From: an uncultured Methanosarcinaceae archaeon
GTDB lineage: Archaea > Halobacteriota > Methanosarcinia > Methanosarcinales > Methanosarcinaceae
Assembly (NCBI GenBank): GCA_963733675.1
Contig: CAVTET010000001.1
Coordinates: forward strand, 1 to 64,000
DNA: 64,000 nucleotides
Direction of reading: 5' to 3'
Below, one piece after another: positions 43,646-55,470 of the stretch. The translations under genes were made by a program, and so were the position numbers. How positions within the stretch are numbered: position 1 is the stretch's first letter; every line of letters starts with the position of its first letter. Below the pieces are notes generated by a model. The model was not told the DNA's origin and ran no database searches. It was given only the letters and a program-made list of their open reading frames with translations.

Positions 43646-44589
43646 TTATTCGACAACTGCACATGCAAAGTATAAATGCTCATCTGCTTGATCTCCATCA
43701 GTACGTCCTTGTAAATAACGTCTTTCGATGTCTTTTGGGCTCAAATTCTCCTGTAGATGAAATCCTAAATTTGCGATATCTTCGGCTAACGTTGATGGAT
43801 TGAAACCAGTAATCATCGGTTCGCCTATCTTTCTCAAATACTCCAATGATTTTTGCATTTGTGGAGACGATTTCTCAAGGATAAATGTATTATTATCGAA
43901 ATAATCAAAAACAATAGTGATGTCCACAGGAGCAATTTCCGTTATGGAACGTAGTGTTGCATACACCTCTTCTGGAGTCAAGTACGGGTGACACCAAGCC
44001 AATTAAAAAAGGTTTTAACTTTTGGATAATATGATGATGAGCTAGTTAGTGCTGTTACCAGACTTTCCTTCGTGAAATCTATAGGAATAAAATGTAATTT
44101 TGCTGGATGTTCTCATTCCAACTCAGCAAGTCGATGAGGCTTAAATTCTTGTGTGGCAGGATGGTCAACCTCAAAAACCTCCCAGTGTTCCATCATTTCC
44201 GGGCGTCGAAAAGCAAAGGTATCCAGCCCTGCCCCGAGAATCACATACTGTTTTACTCCTTGCCTGATAGCTTTTTCGAGTGCTTCTTCCGCATACCGTG
44301 CACGGCTGAAAAGTTATGCTGTCCATTTCTGTTCATTAATAATATTATTAATTACTTGCATTAAGGATGATGATGTTGTTGTAGGGTTGGAACGTAATTT
44401 AGTATTCTCAGTGTCATTTAACTGTTCATTCCACCAACTCAAGTATTGTTCAATTAGTGCTCGTTTGTCCTCAGATATCAAATGTTAGGCAAGAAAATCA
44501 TCAAAAATTTTATGAGTATCATGCATTGAATGATATGCACGCATGTAGGCTATCAACATTGCAGTAAAGCTAGCTTGGTTTTCTTTCAT
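43646..44589 (-). pseudogene. Class I SAM-dependent methyltransferase (LCM/TIGR00027-like) with several stops and a frameshift
   Basis: SFTAMLIAYMRAYH, IFDDFLA*, QYVILGAGLDTFAFR, FEVDHPATQEFK, NWLGV/PYLTPEEV, GEPMITGF. Confidence 0.88.
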
Positions 44590-44822
44590 CAAGTTAATGA
44601 ATACATAACTATGCTTATTAGTTTTATCACATAAAATACATACTTTTTGAGTGATCTCAAAAAACATATTCTTTATAAGTTATCATATTTTTAATTTATT
44701 AGATAATGAGTTTGATCTGAAAGGTTGCATTTAATATATTGGAGTATAAAAGTAGTAGCTTATTCGGTGGCAATGATATTTCTTGAATTAAAACTGAAAT
44801 CTAAAATTAAGACAGAATGCGC

Positions 44823-45451
44823 ATGCTAGAGACTATTGAATTTCTAGCCTTAGGAGCATTTCTTGGCCTCGCTTCAGGAATATCTCCCGGTCCACTATTA
44901 AACAATAACTATTTCTGAGACTCTACAACATGGCAAATGGGAAGGGATAAAGGTTGCGATATCTCCTTTGATTACTGACTTGCCAATAGTATTAATCTAC
45001 ATTATTTATTCTGTCACATTTGACCAGCAATAATTTTATTATCGAAATTATTGCGTTTTTTGGTGCATCGTATCTCATATATTCAGGAATAGAATCTTTG
45101 AAAATCAAGCAGAAAAGCGCTGAATTTAAGTTAAACAAAAAAGCTGCCCTTAAAAGGGGAATTATTGTTAACTTTGGGAATCCACATCCATACCTATTCT
45201 GGTTTTTGATAGGTGGTCCAATAATTTTTAAGAGTTTAAGTATTCATTTTTTGGCTACAATTTTATTTATTATTGGTTTCTATAGTTTTCTTGTAGGATC
45301 AAAAGTAATTGTAGCGTTAATTGTAGAGAGATCAAAATATTTCATTAACAGTAAATACTATTTTTTTATCATTCAGATTTTGGGAATTGCACAGATTATA
45401 TTTGGGTTAACTTTTATTAAAGTAGGTTTGAATTCGTTAGATATAATTTGA
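44823..45451 (+). pseudogene. LysE-family transporter, frameshifted
   Basis: MLETIEFLALGAFLGLASGISPGP then indels; GIIVNFGNPHPYLFW. Confidence 0.82.
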
Positions 45452-46283
45452 TTCCGTACCAGAGTGTCACTTTCTGATTTTTGAGAATCACTGGAATATA
45501 GAACTAACAACTAGATGGAAAGGAATAATAAAAAGCTAAAAAGTGGGAGTCAGGTGGTTGTAGCATCCTTAAATCAAGAATCAATGTTAAGGCTAAGTCT
45601 CGACACTTATTGACATTATAGTCATTAAAAATTAGATAGAAAAACTAGATTTTTCAGGCAAGATGTACAATTCTATTACTTAAAAAACTGATTTTTATAA
45701 CGTACTTCCCTCGTTTTTGCTTCAATTCTAAATCGACAGCATTAGAATTTACAGATTTTGCTTATGCATTTCTTACATTTTTTTATTTATTATACATAAT
45801 TCGTTGAAAACTTGTCTATTCCTATAGAATGGAATGATTGAGTTAAGAAAAGGATAGGCAAAAATCGAGATATATTAACAAATTTCAAATAGAAATATAT
45901 CTTATGAGATATACTGATCATGAAGTGTAACTGGAATGATCCTAGAATATGCATAGTTTTTTGTATCAAGACTTGTGCATTTACTCTATCTCACCCAAAA
46001 ATTGAGAAAATTTTTATCTAAATATAGAGACAAATAAACAGTTTTTACTAAAACATATACAACAACTGAAGAATCAAAACGGTGCTTTTTATCCCTTAAC
46101 TGGGAAAAACCCATCAAAAATTCTCTGTACAATGGTTTCTTGAGATTATTGATTTTGCAGAAAAATCAGCATATAGCCAATTATCATTAGTATAATCTTT
46201 GTTAGTATTAAAAAACTCGCGAAATTGATCAACACAAGTTGAATAATAAAATGTTCATATAGATAATTAGTAATCTATAACAT

Positions 46284-46928
46284 ATGTTGAGAGCAATTAT
46301 TTTCGATGTGGACGGAGTTCTTGTAGACTCCATGCGCTTTCATGCCGATGCATGGGCCAATGTTTTTCATGAAGTTGGTATTAATATTACTAGGGAAGAT
46401 ATTTATGTGTTAGAAGGCTCAAACGAAATAGCGATAATTAAAGCCATTTTTGAAAAAGCTGGAAGAGAGCCTGAACCCTGGCATTTCGAGCATTTGGTTA
46501 ATAAGAAACGCGAAATATTTGAGTTTGATCAGATAAAACCCTTTGAAAGTGTTTCAGGTTGCCTCAAGAAGTTAAAACGGTATTTCAAGCTAGCTGCAGT
46601 TTCCGGGTCAAGCCGCAACACGGTTGAAAAAGTTATGAATAAATTTTTTTCATTCTGTTTTGAAGTTATCATCACCGGAGACGATTTGGAACGCGGAAAA
46701 CCTGATCCAACCCCCTTCCTCAAAGCTCTTGCAAAACTTGACATTACTAAAAATGAATGCTTTGTAATTGAGAATTCACCTATGGGTATCACTGCCGCTA
46801 AAAGAGCTGGAATCTATTGTGTTGCAGTTGCAAGTACACTTGAGCCTGATAAATTGCAACATGCAGATCTTGTGTTCAGAGATCATACTGCTCTGTTTGA
46901 CTTTCTGAAAAACCTCATTCCAAAATAG
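46284..46928 (+). CDS. HAD-family phosphatase (beta-PGM-like)
   Basis: IFDVDGVLVDS, AVSGS, GKPDPTPF, VIENSPMGI. Confidence 0.93.
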   Translation: MLRAIIFDVDGVLVDSMRFHADAWANVFHEVGINITREDIYVLEGSNEIAIIKAIFEKAGREPEPWHFEHLVNKKREIFEFDQIKPFESVSGCLKKLKRYFKLAAVSGSSRNTVEKVMNKFFSFCFEVIITGDDLERGKPDPTPFLKALAKLDITKNECFVIENSPMGITAAKRAGIYCVAVASTLEPDKLQHADLVFRDHTALFDFLKNLIPK

Positions 46929-47415
46929 ATCATTAAGTTTTCAGAACTATTTTCTGCATTTAGTCCTAAAAACTCACATCGTAGGAAATGAGATTAAAGA
47001 GCAATTATGTGACTTTCTGGATAAACATCAACTCATTATTGGTGGGCCATCAAATTTTTTGACAAAAAATATATTTAACCTATATTTGACAGAATCACAA
47101 ATGTCATAATACACAAATTGGGCTTTATGTTCCTATTTTCTTCGTATCCACTTTCGTCAGATATACACGAAAATGCCATCTATATCTAATATTACAGTAG
47201 TTAAAAATTAATCTGACTTTCAATAAACAAATGTGGACAAATAGGTAAATAAAGTCTACATCTGCGTGCATCTGTGAAAAATGGGATATATGGCGCTATT
47301 CTGTTTAGATTTCACTCACCAAAAAAAATATTACATAAAAACTATGTAAAATCGGAAAAGATTCCAGATCCGGAAAATCACAAAACATATAACATGAAAC
47401 AAGAAGGTTCTAACT

Positions 47416-48690
47416 ATGGCCGAGATAAAAATTGATAGGTTTCTCTCATATATTGAAGGTACGCAGCGAGTATATGATGAAGCTACAACCCTGGAAAACA
47501 CTAAAGACACGATAAAAAAGATAGGGGTTACTCGCATTGCAGACATTACAAACTTGGACAGGCTAGGAATCCCTATTTTTTCGGCAATCCGTCCCAGTGC
47601 TGCTCAGGGAGCGATCAGTATATACTCAGGCAAGGGTTCGACCGAGCAGCGAGCTCGGATTTCGGCTATAATGGAGAGTTTTGAACGTTGTCTAGCAGAA
47701 AAACCGGGCCTGAATGAAAACATTGCAGAAGGCATTTCCGCCCCAGCTCTAGTCGAATCCTATGCCAAAGCCATAGAAAACTTCAATGTACTGGATCCAA
47801 AGACCCTCCTTCTGCCTCAGCCCTATGTTCCCCAGTCCCTACTTGAATGGGTGGGAGCGTACGATTTAATGAATGAGGAAGAAGTGTTCGTGAGCTCAAA
47901 TGCGGTTTATCATCCCTACGATGCACCAGGTCAATGTCAGAAACTTTTTCTGAGTAATACCAATGGGCTAGCATCTGGGAACGTAATTGAAGAAGCTATC
48001 CTGCATGGAATGCTTGAGGTCATAGAAAGAGATGCAATTAGTATAGCTCAGTTTACACGTAACCTTGGAAAAGAAATATTGCTGACTGAAGAAGATGGCC
48101 ATCTATACGAGATTGCCAGAAAGTTCAAAGACGCGGAAATAGAATTGAAGATCTGGCTTGTTCCCACAGATACTGGAATTCCAACGGTGATTGCAGCAAC
48201 CGATGATGTAAAATTGAAAGATCCAGCTCTTTTAGTCATGGGAGCAGGCTCCCACCTAAAACCTGCAACTGCAGTTGTAAGAGCTATAACTGAAGCTTCT
48301 CAGTCGCGGGTAGTTCAGATCCAGGGAGCAAGGGAGGATACGGATAGAGAAGGTTTTATCAGAAGCGTAGGGTACGATAGAATGAAGCGCCTGAACTATT
48401 TCTGGTTCGAAGAAGGAGAAAAAGTTTCCCTTTCTGAAGTGCAAGATCTATCCAGAAAAAGTCCTGCAGAAAACATCGATTTGATACTAGAAAAGCTCAG
48501 GGGTCTTGCCGAAAAAGTGCTAGTAGTGGACCTTTCAAGGAAAGAAGTTGCAGTTCCGGTTGTTAGAGTAATTATCCCTGGCTTTGAGCTTTTCACTATT
48601 GATCGTGATCGAAAAGGGAAAAGAATTGCTTCCGGGCAGAAGAGAGATTTTTTCAGGGACAGGAATGATAAGCCGTGGAAAAGACGATGA
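47416..48690 (+). CDS. ycaO: YcaO McrA-glycine thioamidation protein
   Basis: GVTRIADITNLDRLGIP, ESFERC, SNTNGLASGN, EVIERDA, TEASQSR; adjacent to tfuA. Confidence 0.95.
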   Translation: MAEIKIDRFLSYIEGTQRVYDEATTLENTKDTIKKIGVTRIADITNLDRLGIPIFSAIRPSAAQGAISIYSGKGSTEQRARISAIMESFERCLAEKPGLNENIAEGISAPALVESYAKAIENFNVLDPKTLLLPQPYVPQSLLEWVGAYDLMNEEEVFVSSNAVYHPYDAPGQCQKLFLSNTNGLASGNVIEEAILHGMLEVIERDAISIAQFTRNLGKEILLTEEDGHLYEIARKFKDAEIELKIWLVPTDTGIPTVIAATDDVKLKDPALLVMGAGSHLKPATAVVRAITEASQSRVVQIQGAREDTDREGFIRSVGYDRMKRLNYFWFEEGEKVSLSEVQDLSRKSPAENIDLILEKLRGLAEKVLVVDLSRKEVAVPVVRVIIPGFELFTIDRDRKGKRIASGQKRDFFRDRNDKPWKRR

Positions 48691-49346
48691 AATCAAGGGC
48701 AGTAATCTTTACAGGTAACAGCATCAGCCACGAGGATGCAAAAAAAATATTGAGGGTCAATTACCAGCCTCCTATATGCAGGTTCCAGCTTGAAATATTC
48801 GTCCAGAAAGGATATAAGATCATAGGAATAATAGACGGGATTTTTTTTGATAGGGCTGCAGTAGGACACAGGGAGATTATATCTGCCCTCAATGCAGGAG
48901 TAAAAGTCATCGGCGGCTCCAGCATGGGAGCCCTTCGAGCCTCGGAACTGGATACTCACGGGATGATAGGAATAGGAAAAGTTTACGAATGGTACCGGGA
49001 TGGAACATTTGAATCAGATGATGAGATAGCAGTTAGCACAAATCCTGATACTTTCGAACCTATTTCCATGCCCCTTGTTAATATAAGAGAAACCTTGAAA
49101 GTCGCTGTAGCTGCTGGAGTTATAAGTAAAAAAGAGCAGAATGATCTTCTGGAGCTTGCAGTTAACACATATTACCCGGACAGGAGCTATCTTGGACTTA
49201 TCAAGGAAGGAGCAAAAAGAGGTATAATCCCGGAAGAGAGGAGAAAATCAATTCTAGATTTTTGTATCGTCAGAGAAGTTGACGTGAAAAAGCAAGATGC
49301 AATCCTCGTGCTTGAAACCGTAAAAAAGCTGATAGAAGATACCTGA
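48687..49346 (+). CDS. tfuA: TfuA thioamidation partner protein
   Basis: IIDGIFF, GHREI, GGSSMGALRASEL, ESDDEIAV, PLVNIR; ATGA overlap with the ycaO stop. Confidence 0.95.
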   Translation: MKSRAVIFTGNSISHEDAKKILRVNYQPPICRFQLEIFVQKGYKIIGIIDGIFFDRAAVGHREIISALNAGVKVIGGSSMGALRASELDTHGMIGIGKVYEWYRDGTFESDDEIAVSTNPDTFEPISMPLVNIRETLKVAVAAGVISKKEQNDLLELAVNTYYPDRSYLGLIKEGAKRGIIPEERRKSILDFCIVREVDVKKQDAILVLETVKKLIEDT

Positions 49347-49479
49347 AAATTAAGGTTTCTTTAAAACAGCATTTTTGGCTATCAAAAACTGTTTTTCAAA
49401 GCATTGTTTTATATTTTATTTTAGTATATCGATTCCGTATCATGTTTCCTTCATGATTTAATAGCTTCCTTCAATGCTT

Positions 49480-50538
49480 TACTATGTAGAGCTTGATAAT
49501 GTAAAGGCTAACAAGCATTGACAAGTCAGTTTGAGACAAACTTGTTGAAATTGATGCCTTAATTGATTGGAAATCTTTTCTTATCAATTTTGAGTTCAAA
49601 TATTTTAACAAAACAGTTTTCTGAGGCAGACATGAAGCTGAACTAATCGTTATTTCTAAGATTCTTGATTACATCAATGGCATGGTCTTTCTGACTTTGA
49701 ATTTGAGAAACAAAGTATTGATCGAATTTCTTTCATGAAATATTCTTGTTTTTTTCTGAGTACATACTAGACAGTACTACAGTCTGATCATTCAGAAAAA
49801 GAATTATTGCTAACTTCAAAGAAGAGATATGGGGACAGTTGCAAAGCTAACTTTGTTGCCTTTGTTTGAATGTAAAATAGGGGATGATTCAGGACGCTAC
49901 TTTTATCTATTCAGATCCTGGACATGCAAAATGTATAAAAATTCGATAAAATGAGCAAAAATAAGGAGAAGCATCGACAGACCTTGGATAAAAGGGGGAT
50001 AAGTCACACTTTGGGTATAAACTTCACAGCATAATATACAGGGATTATGAGCTGACAGAAGATTTAAAAAAACAAGTGAAAAACTTCATGATTATCAGGT
50101 AAATTTATATGAAAAAATGAAGTCGTTTACAGGGTAAAGGATACTTTGAAGCAAAATCAAAAATTTATGATGCAACACTGGGGAAAAAATAGTAAAATAA
50201 CGTCCTTTGGAAATGAGTGATATATTAAATACAAGATATTAACTCAAAAGATTTAAGGGGAACGAGTTTATGCAGTAACTACAAAGGTATTCAGACATAT
50301 AAGTTCTTGTTACGTTTCAAAGAGTGAATCTAAAGATGTTGTGTACAGCTTTTTGGTATAATCACCATCTTTTGATGACATCGAAAATAAAAGGAGTATT
50401 TTAAGGATAAAGGGAGCTGTCTTTAAAATCAAAGAATAATGGACCAGAAAATAAAAAATAGAATATACGAAAATTAGCGAGAAAGATTTGGACAGGATTC
50501 CTGCCAAAAAAATTAAGATAAATAGGAATTCTCTGTAG
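49480..50538 (+). mobile_element. Degenerate IS5-family element, copy 2
   Basis: Homologous to 8461-9599; MIQDATFIYSDPGHAK, KSHFGYKLHSII, GERVYAVT; right end GGAATTCTCTGTA; left end unclear. Confidence 0.85.
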
Positions 50539-50630
50539 ATACTGGACATGGGAAGAGTCAGTGATGAAAACTTCAAATGTACTTTCATGCCAACTAGATA
50601 GGATAAAGTCAAAAATTTTGTTATCATTTC

Positions 50631-50954
50631 TTAATGTAAATGACTTAAGTCTACAGGTGAGGGTATAAAACCAGATTTGTGTCCACTCTGAGACTGTGCC
50701 TTTTGATTTAATTGTTTATTTTTCTGGTATTCGATAAACTTAGGATTTTCTGGTGCAAGTCCAAGCTTTGGAGAAAATTCAGTTTGGTTTACAATATTTT
50801 TGTGAATATCATATGATTTGTTTTCCTCTAAAAATCCTGTACAAGCCATCGATATTGATGAACCTATAACCAAGAAAAAAACAAGAAATTCAGTGAAAAT
50901 TACTAATTTTCTTATTATATTTGAATCAATTTTTATATTAATATGTTTTTTCAT
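50631..50954 (-). pseudogene. N-terminal fragment of a secreted surface protein (probably C1A-protease/PKD type)
   Basis: Signal peptide, LAPENPKFIEYQ, GFIPSPVDLSHL, then stop; the rest is replaced by the IS5 remnant. Confidence 0.6.
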
Positions 50955-52313
50955 TTATATCCCAGCTTTCACTTTTTTGAGAATAATGATTCGATTGGAT
51001 TCTTTCGCCTTCTCTTTATTTTATAAAACATTTCTTCCTGAAATTCAAATTTTAATTCTTAAAGCTCAACTAATTTCTAGAATTTCTCTTAGATCATCGA
51101 TTAGTAGTCTACTTTTATATATCATTGGTATATTCTTCTTTTCAGCTTTTTCATATTTCATTCAAATCATTCTTCTGAATCTTTCTGTGTTTACGTGTGG
51201 ATCTTATGCTTGGATTTCATATACTTCCATTATAGTTTCATAATTTTTTTTTAACTCCACATTTTTATAAGAATCATACTCATCAAATTTGATGCATCCT
51301 TTGCAAATATTGTACCCAAGATCAATTGCTTGTATAGTACCATTTTTTCATGCTTATTAGTATTGTTACTTATAAGATAATATATTTTTCTGCTAATGAT
51401 TAATGTTAATATTGCTGTCCATATTAGAGTTTCAATAACTTGTTCATTCTTTGCATCAAGAACATCATTATCTCATTGATCCTTTCCTCACAAAGTCTAT
51501 ACTTCACAAAATGATGAAGGATTCCATCTGAAAGAAGTTTTATTTGATCATTTTCATAACAAAAAAATCGCAGAATAGCTTCTTCTTCTTTTAATGGAGA
51601 AATCGTTATATCATACGAAAGTTTTCTGAAATATTTCACAAAAGAGAGTTTTATCACACAATAAATATTGTAATTATACCAGAAGCACCGTGTACTTAAG
51701 GTGCAAACTTTGTTTGTATAAAAAAGGAATTATATTGATTTGTATTACAGTTAATGCAGAAAAAATGCAAAATTGGCAAATTGTGATACTTTCTATGCTA
51801 ATATCGTTTTCGAGGGAGTTTTCGAAGATGACTTCTCTATATACCAAATTGTTTCTAGCCATGAGAGTGTAAGTTTTATACTATTTAATGTTGCAGCTGT
51901 CAAATCAAAAATACGTGAAGACCAAAATTAATGAAAAAAGAATAGATTTTTAAGTCAAAATTTTAATTTAAGAGCTTCACAGACAGAAAACTTGTTGTGT
52001 CTATACCTAAGTGGATTAATTTTTCGCTCTTGTAGTCAACCATTCAATTACCTTAATAATTTAGTGGATTTTATTCTGATTTGTAGAAGTGGTTTCGGAA
52101 ATAATGAAATTAGGCACGACTGAATTTTTCAGGAAATACTATATATGATCCTGTGGTTTGACTACGATCATACCATATTTATAGATTAAAGCCAGGCTCT
52201 CTGTTATACAATTACTTTTTCAAGCTCTATTCAGGTTTGAAATTAGGTTTAATTAATCAAGTTTCTTTTCGTATTATAATTCAAATATAATATTTGGTTA
52301 AAGGGAATCTTTG

Positions 52314-52925
52314 ATGAAAATAATAGCATTCGTAGGCATGCCGGCTTCTGGAAAATCAGAAGCTGCAAGAATTGCCACTCATATGCGCATTCCAGTTGTT
52401 AATATGGGTGATGTAATTCGAGAAGAGGTATTAAGACGCGAGCTTGAACCCAATGACTCAAATACCGGAATGGTTGCAACGGACCTCCGCAAATGTGAAG
52501 GCATGGATGTAGTTGCCAGACGCTGCATTTCTCACATCAGAAAAATGAATTCTGGATTTGTGGTTGTGGATGGGGTGCGTGGAATTGCCGAGGTGGAATG
52601 CTTCAGGCGAGAATTTGGAATAGGTTTTGTCCTTATTTCTATTTACGCTCCGATCAAACTTCGCTTTTCCAGAGTCCAAAAAAGGGGTCGAAGCGATGAT
52701 ATGAACAGTATCAAAGGACTCCGTCATCGAGATGAGCGAGAACTTGGCTGGGGTATGGGAGAAGCTATAGAAGAATCAAATATTGAAATTGAGAACAGCT
52801 TCACTCTAGATGTTTTTAAAAAGAATGTTGTCGAGGTTTTGAGTCACTACTCCGATTTAGACTCGTTACATAGCTCAAAAGGTCAAATATGGAAAAACAA
52901 TTCTTCTGAACAAGATTCAATTTAA
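52314..52925 (+). CDS. UPF0200-family P-loop nucleotide kinase-like protein
   Basis: VGMPASGKS, MGDVIR, VVDGVR, RGRSDD, RDEREL. Confidence 0.88.
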   Translation: MKIIAFVGMPASGKSEAARIATHMRIPVVNMGDVIREEVLRRELEPNDSNTGMVATDLRKCEGMDVVARRCISHIRKMNSGFVVVDGVRGIAEVECFRREFGIGFVLISIYAPIKLRFSRVQKRGRSDDMNSIKGLRHRDERELGWGMGEAIEESNIEIENSFTLDVFKKNVVEVLSHYSDLDSLHSSKGQIWKNNSSEQDSI

Positions 52926-52974
52926 TTCATTAAAACCCTGCAAATAAACTCCTTTTCGATACTGGAGCAAATTT

Positions 52975-53454
52975 ATGATACATGTTACAGTTTCAGCAGT
53001 TGCGTATCCCACCGAGGACCCCGAAAAAGTTATGCGAGCAATTTCTACTCTTTTTACTGATATAGTACTCGAAAAAAAGGCTATTGAGACCATTGAACCT
53101 GGGCTAGGAGATTCTCACAGTTTATTCGTTTCTGGAGAAGGAGGGCTTGATCTCTTGCTAACTCTGCATGGGCTCATTCGAAGAGAAGAGATTATAGATA
53201 GTATCCGCAATAAAGTTTTCAGTAAAAACTTATCCAGTGCCAGTCTTTCGGTCCGTTTCTTGCTAAATAAACAGGCTGCTTTTGTCGGTATTCCCAGTAT
53301 TTCTGCTCAAAAAGAATCTCTCGGAGCTATTGAAATCGTTATCATGGCTGAGTCTCAGAACGAAATGGAAAGACTTTTAGAGTGGCTTTTGCCCATTACT
53401 GAAGGAGGTATACCGATTGTTGAAGTAGAAATGGATTATGTGGAAAAGGGTTGA
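52975..53454 (+). CDS. UPF0201/DUF54 RNA-binding protein
   Basis: YPTEDPEKVMRAI, LNKQAAFVG. Confidence 0.88.
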   Translation: MIHVTVSAVAYPTEDPEKVMRAISTLFTDIVLEKKAIETIEPGLGDSHSLFVSGEGGLDLLLTLHGLIRREEIIDSIRNKVFSKNLSSASLSVRFLLNKQAAFVGIPSISAQKESLGAIEIVIMAESQNEMERLLEWLLPITEGGIPIVEVEMDYVEKG

Positions 53455-53641
53455 GATCTTCTCAAGCTTTTTAGATTCTTTATGGCTATAATTCCTTATA
53501 TTTATATACTCTTTGTATGTATAATAATGCTCTGTTGAAGTTCATTGAAAGGTCTCATTACACTAACTTAATTTAGTTAACTATATATTAATTTCCATGT
53601 ACAAACCTATATTAATTAATGAAAAGGAATGAATTGTCTTC

Positions 53642-54415
53642 ATGCAATTGCAAAGAATCAGTTTTTCATCGCATGTAGCTATCGAAGATCCTTTCAAATG
53701 GGCTTATAAGCTCGAAGATCATGGGTATACTGGTTGGGAAATTTTACAGGAGGGATCCCAGTGCTTGAACAGCAAGAATATCCAGAATTTGAAAAATATA
53801 TATGAGACTACTGGTCTTGAACTGACTCTACACTTGCCGTTCTCGGATATGAATTTGGCAGGTCTTAACAACTCAATCAGGGCAGAAGTCCTCAGGCAGA
53901 TGAAACATTACCTTGCATTGGCTTCGAACTATGTAAATTTGGCTGTAATTCACCCTGGTTATCTTTCCCATTATGGCGTACAGGTTCCGCAGGAAGCATA
54001 CCTGACTAATCTGGCCTCAATCCGTGAAATATGCGACTTTGCGGCGGATTTTGGAATTCTCATCGCTGTTGAAAATATGCCCGATTTTCGGAAAATTTTC
54101 GGAAAATATCCTGATGAAATACTTGAGATGCTTGACACTATCGGAAGCCATAACGTGGGTTTTACCTTTGATGTAGGGCACGCGAACACAGTTGGGCTTG
54201 TGAATGATTTTCTGGATCTCCTAGCAGAAAAAATATCCCATGTGCATATTCACGATAATATGGGAAAAAAAGATGAACATCTATCTTTAGGGAGAGGTAA
54301 TATAAATTGGAAATTTGTCATGGAAAGGCTTTCAGACTATAAAGGAGTCTTTGTTACTGAGATGCGTTCGGTTGAAGAAGGAATTCAAAGCCTTGATTAT
54401 TTAAGAAATTTATAA
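53642..54415 (+). CDS. Sugar phosphate isomerase/epimerase (AP-endonuclease-2 TIM barrel)
   Basis: LHLPFSDMNL, VIHPG, AVENMP, FDVGHA, HIHDN, DEHL. Confidence 0.9.
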   Translation: MQLQRISFSSHVAIEDPFKWAYKLEDHGYTGWEILQEGSQCLNSKNIQNLKNIYETTGLELTLHLPFSDMNLAGLNNSIRAEVLRQMKHYLALASNYVNLAVIHPGYLSHYGVQVPQEAYLTNLASIREICDFAADFGILIAVENMPDFRKIFGKYPDEILEMLDTIGSHNVGFTFDVGHANTVGLVNDFLDLLAEKISHVHIHDNMGKKDEHLSLGRGNINWKFVMERLSDYKGVFVTEMRSVEEGIQSLDYLRNL

Positions 54416-55382
54416 AAAAGATTATTTTAATCATTTTTTTGAAGTTATTTCGATTTTTAATAGTATTCCCAAGTTATTGAATAGAAATTCTGAAAGTTAC
54501 TAATTCTTTTAAATTCTGTATCTGATTAATTGTTCTTTTTGTCACTCTTGGAGTTCTTTGGAACTATTTTTGTAACTATTAAGCCTTAATAAAGGACTAT
54601 CAAATAAATCATCTTTATATTAATTAAATTGGCAAATTTAATTAGTTGATTTTCATTAACTATTGGCTATTGATTATGTTTTCTCCTTTTCCGGCAGTAA
54701 GTAATTAGATACGTCTATTTAAGTTAAAATAGATATTAGAGGATTCCGATTTATCTCTCATTTTTATTACAATTCGTATCACTACATCTATTTAGACAGT
54801 GGCGATGCATAAAAGGCAATTTGCATACTTTATCAAAGTCACATTTGGGCCTTTGATGACATTCACTAATTAATTTTATAACAGTTTTGAAAAATCAAAT
54901 ATGGGATAACATTCTTTCTAGAGGTAATAAGGCAATCAATGTCAAAAAAGTTGAAGCGGAATAAATTTTAATTTACTTGTGCCTGTTATCCAAAAATTTC
55001 ATGTTAGTTTTCGGAGGCAATAGAGTTCTTGATAAGTTAAATGATTTTCTACCGCACCCATTTTAACTTCTATAGAGTGCAGGTGGATTAGTATATGAAG
55101 ATGAAAAAAGTTAAATGCGAAAATACACCTCAAAAGATTATGGAATTAAGTATTCAAAGTGGACATTAAGAAATCTACTAACATTTAGATCTTTTAAAAT
55201 ATTAATCATATAATGAGTTGACGACCAAATAACTAATATTGGGGGATTAATATGAAAATATTCAGTTCCCTACATTTCTTTTCTCCTTTTTTATTTTCTA
55301 TTAAGTTTTTTGAAGAATTATTTGTTTTTGAAATGTCTTTGTGGGGGCAAAGCTTTAAATCAGATTATTCCTTTGTATCGCA

Positions 55383-55448
55383 TGTTTCATTTTCGGGATT
55401 AGTTCCCGTTGGAGTGTGACCCTGCAGACAGGGTTGAACCGTGAAACA
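55383..55448 (+). ncRNA. Structured ribosomal-protein leader upstream of rpl15e (eL15-Euryarchaeota-type leader)
   Basis: Closing stem TGTTTCA(55383)/TGAAACA(55442) enclosing hairpins CGGGA/TCCCG and ACCCTG/CAGGGT, 22 nt upstream of the start codon. Confidence 0.7.
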
Positions 55449-55470
55449 TAAATGAAACTTGGTGTTTTAA

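Noticed and set aside
43646-44589. Pyrrolysine or other recoding to rescue interrupted genes
   Set aside because: Stops are mostly TAA and TGA and come with frameshifts, so decay is the simpler explanation
50310-51243. Hydrophobic ORFs 50310-50627 and 50818-51243 as membrane proteins
   Set aside because: Antisense to the IS5 remnant and to A-rich decayed genes; the hydrophobicity reflects T-richness
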